Below, one piece after another: positions 55,761 to 63,109 of a stretch of 64,000 nt of DNA. The notes beneath the pieces are model-generated. The model ran no database searches. It was given only the letters and a program-made list of their open reading frames with translations, and was not told where the DNA came from. How positions within the stretch are numbered: the first letter of the stretch is position 1; every line of letters starts with the position of its first letter. Source of the stretch: Gemmatimonadales bacterium (GTDB lineage Bacteria; Gemmatimonadota; Gemmatimonadetes; Gemmatimonadales; JACORV01); the NCBI GenBank assembly GCA_036493755.1, contig DASXPG010000028.1:138-64137 (forward strand), given 5' to 3'. The position numbers were made by a program, and so were the translations under genes.

Positions 55761-56776
55761 ACGACACCTCGACCGACCGCGCCTTCTGCGAGCGCATGTT
55801 GCCCGGTGTGTCGCGCACCTTCGCGCTCACCATCCGGCTGCTGCCGCCGGGCCTCGAGTATCCGGTGCTGGTCGCGTACCTCCTGTGCCGCGTCGCCGAC
55901 ACCATCGAAGACTCGACCCTCTTGCCGGTGGCGTTGAAGGTGTCGTTGCTCGAACACTTCCGGACTTGCCTCGACGACGACGGTCCCGATGCCGCGGCGC
56001 TGCACGCGGCATTCGCCGGTACGTCCGACGAAGAGACGCTGGCCCGCGAAGCCGACATCGTGCTGCGCGAATTTCGTCGTCTGCCTGGAGCGCAACGCGC
56101 GGCGATCCGGCCCTGGGTGCAGGAGATGTGCACCGGCATGGCATCGTTCGTCGCCGCGGGCGGCAGCGAAGGCTCGGGCCGGCTCCAGATGCTGGCCAGC
56201 GTCGAGGAGCTGGAGCGCTACTGCTATTTCGTCGCCGGGACCGTGGGTCACCTGCTGACGGCGCTCTTCCGGCTGCACGATGGCGAGATGACCGAGGCGC
56301 AGTACCAGCGCCTTGAATCCCTCGCAACCAGCTTCGGCCTCGGTCTCCAGATGACCAACATCGTGAAGGACGTGGCCGATGACCGCGGGCGGGGCGTGAG
56401 CTTCGTGCCGCGCGAGCTGTTCGAGACCAGCGGCATCAAGCCGGAGGATCTGCCGGCGGCGGCGCGCGATGGATTGGCGGGGCGGGTGATGCAGCCGCTG
56501 ATCGCGCGGGCCCGGCGGCACCTCGCGTCGGCCCTCGACTACTGCACCACGCTGCCGCGCCGGCAGTATCGCATCCGGCTCTTCTGCCTGACGTCGCTCT
56601 ACTTCGCGGCGCGCACCCTGCGGCTGGCGCGGCGCGAACCGGCGCTGCTGGGCGGCGAGCGCAAGATCAAGATCAGCCGTGGCGCGGTGTATCGGACCCT
56701 GGCGATGACCTATCTCGTCGCGCCCGTCGATGCTTTGGTCCGCGCGTATTTCGTTCGGCTCGAAGGAGCCGGCTAG
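55757..56776 (+). CDS. Squalene/phytoene synthase family protein (squalene synthase-like)
   Basis: FCERMLPGVSRTFALTIRLLP is the N-terminal box of squalene-synthase-type enzymes. Two Asp-rich motifs are present (VADTIED and KDVADD). GTG at 55757. Confidence 0.8.
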   Translation: MNDTSTDRAFCERMLPGVSRTFALTIRLLPPGLEYPVLVAYLLCRVADTIEDSTLLPVALKVSLLEHFRTCLDDDGPDAAALHAAFAGTSDEETLAREADIVLREFRRLPGAQRAAIRPWVQEMCTGMASFVAAGGSEGSGRLQMLASVEELERYCYFVAGTVGHLLTALFRLHDGEMTEAQYQRLESLATSFGLGLQMTNIVKDVADDRGRGVSFVPRELFETSGIKPEDLPAAARDGLAGRVMQPLIARARRHLASALDYCTTLPRRQYRIRLFCLTSLYFAARTLRLARREPALLGGERKIKISRGAVYRTLAMTYLVAPVDALVRAYFVRLEGAG

Positions 56777-59041
56777 GTGACTTCGCCGAACGTCGCGATC
56801 GACGTGCTCGGCAGCCTGAAGGAGTCGCTCGCGGGCCGCTACCAGGTCGAGAAGGAATTGGGGAGCGGCGGGATGGCGTGGGTCTACCGCGCCAAGGACA
56901 TGCGCCACCACCGGCCGGTCGCGGTGAAAGTACTGCGGCCCGATATCGCCGCCGCGATGGGAGCCGATCTCTTCCTGCGCGAGATCGAAATCCTCGCGGC
57001 GCTGACCCATCCACACATCCTTCCGCTGCACGACTCGGGCGCCGCCGGCGCGCTGCTGTATTACGTGATGCCCTTCGTCGAGGGGGAATCGCTGCGCGAC
57101 CGGCTGGTGCGCGAGCGCCGGCTCCCGTTAGGCGAGGCGCTGCGGCTGGCCCGCGGCGTGGCCATGGCGCTGGACTATGCCCACCGGCGCGGCATCATCC
57201 ACCGCGACATCAAGCCCGAGAACATCCTCATCCTCGAGAACGAGCCGATGCTGGCCGACTTCGGCATCGCACTGGCCCAGCGTGATGGCCGGCCGGCCGA
57301 AGCGGCGGGAGTGTCGATCGGCACGCCGGTCTACATGAGTCCCGAGCAGGCGCTGGCCGATGGGCGCATCGACGGACGCACCGACCAGTACTCGATCGGT
57401 ATCGTGCTGTACGAAATGCTCGCCGGCCAGCCGCCCTACGTCGGCGGCGACATGCTGGCCATCACCGCGCAGAAGCTGGTCGATCCGCTCCCCGAAATCG
57501 CCGAGATCATCGGCGGCGTGGTGTCGCCGGCGCTGACGACGCTGCTTGCCAAAGTTCTGGACCACAGTCCCGATGCGCGCTACGGCAGCGCCGCGGAGCT
57601 GGCGGAGGCGCTGGATGAAATCGAAGCGGCGCGGCATGGGCGGAGCACCGTGCCGGTGCGCGTCACCCGCCGGGCGTCGGTCGCGGTCATGCCCCTTGCA
57701 AACGTCAGCGGCGATCCGGCCGACGAATTCTTCAGCGACGGCATCAGCGAAGAGCTAACCAATATCCTGGCCGCGGTGGATGGACTCGACGTCGTGGCAC
57801 GCGCGTCGGCGTTCGCCTTCAAGGGCCGCACCGACAGCCGCGAAATCGGCCGCAAGCTCGGCGTGACCCACCTCCTGCGGGGCGAGGCGCAGCGCATCGG
57901 CGAGAAGGTGCGCATTTCGGCCGAGCTGCTGTCGGCCGGCGACGGCGGCACAATCTGGTCGGACGACTTCGACCGGCGGCTCGACGAGGTGGGCAGCGTC
58001 CGCGACGAGATCATTCGGAACGTCACCGTTCGCCTGGTGCAGGGCGACACTCCCGAAGAAATCCACGGGCGGGTGTCGGTCAGCTCCGAGGCCTACGACC
58101 AGTTTCTGAAGGGTCGCTTCCACTGGAATCGCCGGACGGCGAGCGAGCTGGAGAAGAGCATCGACTGCTTTCATCGCGCCATCGAGGGCGAGCCGTCGTT
58201 CGCGCGGGCCCATGCTGGTCTCGCCGATAGCTATCTCATCCTCGGCGTGTACGGGATGCGCTCGACCGCGACGGTGATGCGTGAGGCCGAGCATGCGGCG
58301 CGGGTCGCCTTGGCTCTCGACGCGACGCTCGCCGAGGCGCTGACGACGCGCGGTTGCGTGCGGGCGATGTATGGCTGGGAGTGGGATGCTTCGGATGCCG
58401 ACTTCCGCCGCGCCATCGCGCTCAATCCGCAGTACCCGACGGCCAAGCAGTGGTATGCGATGAACTGTCTCGCGCCGCGGGGCCGCTTCCAGGATGCGCT
58501 GGAGCAGCTCGAAAATGCGCGCAAGCTTGACCCGTTGTCGCTGGCGGTGCGGATCAGCGTGGGGCTGGTCTGGCTCTTCGCGCGCGACGCCGAGCGGGCG
58601 GAAGAGGTGCTGCGCGAAGCGATCGAGCTCGACAAGAGTTTTGGCGTCGCGCATTTCTTCCTGGGGCGCGTCCTCGAGTATGCCGGCCGCCTCGGCGAAG
58701 CCGCCGATGCGTTCGAGCTGGCCATTGCGCACACCGAGCGCAGCACCGAAGCGGTGGCCGCGCTGGCGCGGGCCAGGGCGTTGATCGGACGTCGCAAGGA
58801 CGCCGACGATTTGCGCGAAGAGCTGGAGCGTCGCGCGCTCGCCGGGGAATACGTCTCACCGGCGCTCTTTGGGCAGATTCAACTGGGCCTGGGCAACAAG
58901 GACCAAGCGATCACGTGGCTGGAGCGCGCGGTCGATGCACGCTCCGCCGACGCGGCTTGGCTCGCGGTGAATCCCACCTTCGACGGACTGCGCGACGACG
59001 AACGCTTTGCCGCTATTCTTCAGAGAATCGGCTTAAAGTAG
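56777..59041 (+). CDS. Ser/Thr protein kinase fused to a TolB-N/FlgO-like module and TPR repeats
   Basis: Kinase motifs VAVKVL, HRDIKPENIL, DFGIA and GTPVYMSPEQ. These are followed by SVAVMPLANVSGDPADEFFSDGISEELTNIL, the same module as in the genes at 23443 and 25170, and then TPR-like helices. The GTG start lies directly after the upstream TAG. Confidence 0.9.
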   Translation: MTSPNVAIDVLGSLKESLAGRYQVEKELGSGGMAWVYRAKDMRHHRPVAVKVLRPDIAAAMGADLFLREIEILAALTHPHILPLHDSGAAGALLYYVMPFVEGESLRDRLVRERRLPLGEALRLARGVAMALDYAHRRGIIHRDIKPENILILENEPMLADFGIALAQRDGRPAEAAGVSIGTPVYMSPEQALADGRIDGRTDQYSIGIVLYEMLAGQPPYVGGDMLAITAQKLVDPLPEIAEIIGGVVSPALTTLLAKVLDHSPDARYGSAAELAEALDEIEAARHGRSTVPVRVTRRASVAVMPLANVSGDPADEFFSDGISEELTNILAAVDGLDVVARASAFAFKGRTDSREIGRKLGVTHLLRGEAQRIGEKVRISAELLSAGDGGTIWSDDFDRRLDEVGSVRDEIIRNVTVRLVQGDTPEEIHGRVSVSSEAYDQFLKGRFHWNRRTASELEKSIDCFHRAIEGEPSFARAHAGLADSYLILGVYGMRSTATVMREAEHAARVALALDATLAEALTTRGCVRAMYGWEWDASDADFRRAIALNPQYPTAKQWYAMNCLAPRGRFQDALEQLENARKLDPLSLAVRISVGLVWLFARDAERAEEVLREAIELDKSFGVAHFFLGRVLEYAGRLGEAADAFELAIAHTERSTEAVAALARARALIGRRKDADDLREELERRALAGEYVSPALFGQIQLGLGNKDQAITWLERAVDARSADAAWLAVNPTFDGLRDDERFAAILQRIGLK

Positions 59042-59044
59042 CCC

Positions 59045-59141
59045 GGGGGCGGATCGGGCCTGGTGGTCTGACCAGTCTTCAAAACTGGCTGGACTTCGCT
59101 CCGCGAAGTTTGGTGGGTTCGATTCCCACACGCTCCCGCCA
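59045..59141 (+). tRNA. selC: tRNA-Sec (anticodon UCA)
   Basis: Folded by hand, 97 nt. Acceptor GGGGGCG(G) pairs with (A)CGCUCCC, followed by G and an encoded CCA. The D stem is 6 bp (CGGGCC/GGUCUG) with a 4-nt loop UGGU. The anticodon stem CCAGU/ACUGG closes the loop CUUCAAA, giving anticodon UCA. The variable arm is long (GGACUUCGC...GCGAAGUUU). The T arm is GUGGG-UUCGAUU-CCCAC. The eighth acceptor pair would be a G-A mismatch. Confidence 0.8.
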
Positions 59142-59246
59142 TAACCGATTTGCGGCCCCCAATCGCTCGCAATGCACCAATTCTGGGCAATGAGCCTCAT
59201 TCGCTAGCGAAGACTTCCGGCGCAGTATTTGCCGACCTGACGGCCT

Positions 59247-62200
59247 GTGATGGGCCGTCCCCTCTTTCGTTTCCTCGGTGCCGCGGGTCTCGCGCTGGCA
59301 GGTCTTTCCGGATGCCGGCCGGCGACGGATGCGACGCCAATCGGGCCTCCGGGATTTCCCGCCAAGCTCGAGTTCCAGGTCCAGCCGGCTGATGCCCAGT
59401 CCGGCGTGTCCATCGCACCTTCGATTCAGGTGGCGATTGTCGACGCCGGTGGAGCGGTGGTCACCGCAGCCACCAATCGCGTTACCCTCGGCATTGCGGC
59501 GTCCAGCGGCGCCAGCTTGTCGGGGGACCGCAGCGCGGATGCTGTCGGCGGGATCGCGACCTTCACGAATCTGGATCTGGACGGCAAAGCGGGTGCGTAC
59601 GCGCTCATCGCCACGAGCGACAACCTGTCTGATGCGACGAGCACCGCTTTCACCCTGGCTCCGGGACCCTTGTCGCGACTGGTCTTCGACTCATTTCCCG
59701 GCGGTGCCAGCACCGGTGCCGCGCTCCCCAGTGTGATCGTACGCGAAGAGGACGGCTGGGGGAATGTCGTTGCAACGGCGAGCGACACGGTGACGATGAC
59801 GCTCGCTTACAACCCGCAGGCCGCTCTCTTCTCCGGCGGCACCACGGTGGTCGCCGTCGCGGGTGTGGCGACGTTCACCAACCTCCACATCGACAAACCC
59901 GACAGCAACTATCACCTGATCGCCTCCGTGACCCGCAAGTTCGTGACGACCAGCGATCGGCTGATCGTCGTTCCGTACGTCGGCACCGCTTCGCGGCTGG
60001 CATTCCAGGCCATGCCGCTGCGCGCCGCGACCGGCTTCGCCCTCGCGCCGGTCCAGGTCGCGTTGCTCGATCCATCGGGGTCATTGGTGTACGCCAACGA
60101 CACCGTGCAAGTCACCGTGCATGACGCCTCAGGCAGTTCCATCGCGACGGCGAGCGCCGTCGCGGCTCTCGGCGTGGCCAGCTTCAGCGATCTGCGCATC
60201 AACCAGGCCGGCGCTGGCTACACTCTGAGCGCGACAGCGACCGGCCGCACCTCCGCGACGAGCGCCGCGTTTCCCGTGATCGCACCAATGAGCGCGCAAC
60301 CGCCGGCGGCTCTGGCCGCGGGAGAATTCGTGACCTGCGCCGCCAGCACCTCCGGCCCGCGCTGCTGGGGCGATGATCTGGCGGGCATGCTCGGCGATAA
60401 CCGTCCCTTCTCCAGCCTCTCGCCGATCGCGGTGAGCGGCGGGCTGCACTTCGCCTCCATCGAGACCGCGCGCCTGATGGAGATCAGCCAGGAGGACGGC
60501 ATCACCGGCAACGTCCAGTCGTGCGGCCTGACGAGCGCGGGAGCGGCGTGGTGCTGGGGAGAGCCACTGGCGGGTTCCAGCGATCGGTTCACCTCCGCGC
60601 CGGTGCTGGTTCCGGGCGGGCTCTCATTTTCATCGCTGACGCTGGCGCGATCCGACGCCTGCGGCCTGACGGTGAGCGGCGCCGCGTACTGCTGGGGCAC
60701 GAACGACGACAATGAATTGGGCAACGGCCGCACCTATACCGGGAGCTCGACTCCCGTGGCCGTGAACGGTGGCATCACCTTCAGTGCCCTGGGGGCGGGC
60801 GCCAAGCATGTTTGCGGACTCGATACGGCCGGCGCCGCCTGGTGCTGGGGAATTCTCGGCGACACCACGGGCCGGCCCGTGCGCGTGACTGGCGCGCCGG
60901 TATTCACCAGCCTCGCATCCGGCGGCTGGCACAGCTGCGGACTCACGGCCGCGGGCGCGGCGTGGTGCTGGGGAAGCAACTTTGTCGGTCAGCTCGGCGA
61001 TGGGTCCACCACCGATCGCCCCCAGCCGGTCGCGGTCAGCGGCGGACACCAGTTCACGATCATCAGCGGCGGGATGAATCAGACCTGCGCGCTGGATGCT
61101 GGTGGTGCGGCGTGGTGTTGGGGAAGCGGCAGCGGCCCCACGCCGGCTGCCGTGCCGGGCGGTCTTGCTTTCGCGAGCATCGATGCCGGCAACCGAGGCA
61201 CCTGCGGCCTGACGAGCGCCGGCAAGGCGTTTTGCTGGGGCGACAATTCTTCGGGCGAGCTGGGCGACGGCACCACCACGTCGAGCGCGACGCCGGTGCC
61301 GGTCAGCGGAAGCATCACCTTCGCGGCGATCCAGGCCGGCGCATTGTCAGGGTGCGGCCTCGCCAATGATGGCGCAGCATGGTGCTGGGGAGACAACGGA
61401 GACGGTGAGCTCGGCGACGGTCATCCGCTCAGCAGTTACATCCCGACGTCCGTCAGCGGGGGCATGGCCTTCAATCAATTTGCCGCCGGGACCTGGCACA
61501 GCTGCGCGCTCACGGCGGCTGGTGCGGCGTGGTGCTGGGGCATTGGCCCATATCTCGGCAGCGGATCGAGCGGGATCTCGGGCGCCGTTCCCGTCGCTGT
61601 CGCCGGTGGCCAGACCTTCAGCCAGCTGACCATTGACCAGACGCGGAGCTGCGGACTGACGCCGGCCGGCAGCGTCTGGTGCTGGGGCTTTACCTCCGGA
61701 CAATCCGCGGCGGCCCAGCCGATACACGAGGCGAACGGTTTCAGCTTTGCCGCGATCGCGACCGCAAGTGAGCACACCTGCGGCCTCGAGGCGGACGGCT
61801 CCGCCTGGTGCTGGGGTGCGCGCAACGATTACGGTCAGCTCGGCAATGCCGGCGCCGCGAGTCTGAGTCCGGTCGCGGTCAGTGGCGGGTTCTCATTCAT
61901 CAGCATCGTGGCCGGCCAGAGTCACACCTGCGGTCTCACGCCGGCTGGAGAAGCGTTCTGCTGGGGGCTCAACTACGCGCAAGACGGTGCCGGCTTCCTG
62001 GGGGCTGGCCTCGCCAGTTACTTCAGCACCATGCCGGTACGCGTGAGCGGCAATCACGTCTTCGCGGCGCTGAGCGCCGCGGGGGATCATACCTGCGGCC
62101 TCACCACAGCCGGTGAAGGGTGGTGCTGGGGATACAACTGGGGCGGCCTCCTCGGCGACGGGACTACGGCCAATTCGAATGTGCCGGTGATGGTCGCGGG

Positions 62201-62570
62201 ATCGGTGCGATTTGCCAGCATCAACGCCGGGAGCAGTCACACTTGCGGCGTCACGGCCGGTGGAGAGGCCTGGTGCTGGGGCGACAACGACTGGAAGGAA
62301 CTCGGCGCCGCGACGACGGGCGTCTCGGGCGGCAGCACCATCAGCGCGACGCCGGTGCTGGTATCCGGTGGATTCCAGTTCAGCCCCACCGCGCCCGCTT
62401 CAGTTCGCGCCATCGTCGCCGCGCCGCGGGCGAGGCCGGTTGCGGCGCCGCATGCCGGTCCCGCGGTCCTGGCTTCGATGAACAGCGCTGCGTGCGCAGC
62501 GAATCTTCCCATTGCGCTCAAGGCGCGATATCGGGCGACGATCACCCGGCTGTGCGGGCCGCGCCGCTGA
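59247..62570 (+). CDS. Giant surface lipoprotein with N-terminal Ig-like repeats and about 14 RCC1-type beta-propeller repeats
   Basis: Lipobox LALAGLSGCRP (GTG 59247 or ATG 59250). Four Ig-like modules of about 95 aa, each ending in ...GIATFTNLDLD/GVATFTNLHID. I then counted 14 repeats of the (H)xCGLTxxGxAWCWGxNxxGQLGDG pattern by eye (RCC1/BLIP-II type). Confidence 0.85.
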   Translation: MMGRPLFRFLGAAGLALAGLSGCRPATDATPIGPPGFPAKLEFQVQPADAQSGVSIAPSIQVAIVDAGGAVVTAATNRVTLGIAASSGASLSGDRSADAVGGIATFTNLDLDGKAGAYALIATSDNLSDATSTAFTLAPGPLSRLVFDSFPGGASTGAALPSVIVREEDGWGNVVATASDTVTMTLAYNPQAALFSGGTTVVAVAGVATFTNLHIDKPDSNYHLIASVTRKFVTTSDRLIVVPYVGTASRLAFQAMPLRAATGFALAPVQVALLDPSGSLVYANDTVQVTVHDASGSSIATASAVAALGVASFSDLRINQAGAGYTLSATATGRTSATSAAFPVIAPMSAQPPAALAAGEFVTCAASTSGPRCWGDDLAGMLGDNRPFSSLSPIAVSGGLHFASIETARLMEISQEDGITGNVQSCGLTSAGAAWCWGEPLAGSSDRFTSAPVLVPGGLSFSSLTLARSDACGLTVSGAAYCWGTNDDNELGNGRTYTGSSTPVAVNGGITFSALGAGAKHVCGLDTAGAAWCWGILGDTTGRPVRVTGAPVFTSLASGGWHSCGLTAAGAAWCWGSNFVGQLGDGSTTDRPQPVAVSGGHQFTIISGGMNQTCALDAGGAAWCWGSGSGPTPAAVPGGLAFASIDAGNRGTCGLTSAGKAFCWGDNSSGELGDGTTTSSATPVPVSGSITFAAIQAGALSGCGLANDGAAWCWGDNGDGELGDGHPLSSYIPTSVSGGMAFNQFAAGTWHSCALTAAGAAWCWGIGPYLGSGSSGISGAVPVAVAGGQTFSQLTIDQTRSCGLTPAGSVWCWGFTSGQSAAAQPIHEANGFSFAAIATASEHTCGLEADGSAWCWGARNDYGQLGNAGAASLSPVAVSGGFSFISIVAGQSHTCGLTPAGEAFCWGLNYAQDGAGFLGAGLASYFSTMPVRVSGNHVFAALSAAGDHTCGLTTAGEGWCWGYNWGGLLGDGTTANSNVPVMVAGSVRFASINAGSSHTCGVTAGGEAWCWGDNDWKELGAATTGVSGGSTISATPVLVSGGFQFSPTAPASVRAIVAAPRARPVAAPHAGPAVLASMNSAACAANLPIALKARYRATITRLCGPRR

Positions 62571-63049
62571 CGCGCGGTTTTGAGGGACAGCGCGAAGCAC
62601 TTTCACTCGCCAAGTCGGCCGAATATCTCCTCGACGAGTGCCGGATGGTGCTTCCCGGCATCCAGGCACTCTTCGGGTTTCAGCTTATCGCAGTTTTTTC
62701 TGACGGTTTCAACGCCCGCGTAACGCCCGCCGAGCAGCGATTGCATCTGGCGGCGATCACTCTGGTGGCGGTAGCCATCGCGTTGATCATGACGCCGGCG
62801 GCGTACCACCGGATCCACGGTACCCGGGAAATCACCGAGATCTTCGTCAAACTCAGCAACCGGCTGGTGCTCTGGAGCATGGCGCCGCTCGCCGCCGGCA
62901 TCGCCATGGACCTGTACATCGTGGCGCGGTTGATCTCTGGCCGCGGGATCGCCGCCGCCCTCGCTGCCATTGCCCTCATCGTCTTCGTCTTCCTCTGGGG
63001 TGTACTGCCGCGGATCAGCCGGCTGCAGCGGATGATTGCCGGCCCTTGA
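62552..63049 (+). CDS. Small membrane protein (DUF6328-like)
   Basis: LSLAKSAEYLLDECRMVLPGIQALFGFQLIAVFSDGFNARV followed by TM helices resembles the DUF6328 family (from memory). I chose GTG 62552, a 19-nt overlap with the RCC1 gene. ATG 62645 is an alternative. Confidence 0.5.
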   Translation: MRAAPLTRGFEGQREALSLAKSAEYLLDECRMVLPGIQALFGFQLIAVFSDGFNARVTPAEQRLHLAAITLVAVAIALIMTPAAYHRIHGTREITEIFVKLSNRLVLWSMAPLAAGIAMDLYIVARLISGRGIAAALAAIALIVFVFLWGVLPRISRLQRMIAGP

Positions 63050-63067
63050 TCGCCCCGACGGTCTGCT

Positions 63068-63109
63068 GTTGACTGTCGACCGTGAACAGTCGACTGTGTT
63101 TCGTGTCCA
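63068..63109 (+). repeat. GTTGACS-related heptad repeat element spanning the start of the lipid kinase gene
   Basis: Reads gttgact|gtcgacc|gtgaaca|gtcgact|gtgtttc|gtgtcca. It is more degenerate than the other three copies. Confidence 0.55.

Noticed and set aside
46073-56776. Classifying the locus as a standard lasso-peptide cluster
   Set aside because: A leader-like motif, a PqqD-like protein, an AsnB homolog and an HprK-like kinase are present. However, there is no transglutaminase-like B2 protease. The putative core has no Asp/Glu at positions 7-9, or anywhere after the VLDESEML segment. The AsnB homolog also keeps an intact glutaminase Cys. I therefore report the locus as lasso-related in its recognition logic only.
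52833-57031. Minus-strand ORFs 52833..53843, 54502..55563 and 55742..57031 inside the candidate cluster
   Set aside because: They lie opposite plus-strand genes that have clear family motifs (ExxH boxes, the AsnB PP-loop, the squalene-synthase Asp-rich motifs and kinase motifs). They are shadow ORFs.
62120-62551. N-terminal extension of ORF 62120..63049
   Set aside because: It is an out-of-frame overlap with the RCC1 lipoprotein gene. The membrane-protein homology starts near 62552-62645.
59045-62570. The tRNA-Sec as the attachment site of an integrated element
   Set aside because: I see no integrase, no direct repeat of the tRNA 3' end and no phage or plasmid genes downstream, only the RCC1 lipoprotein and housekeeping-type genes.
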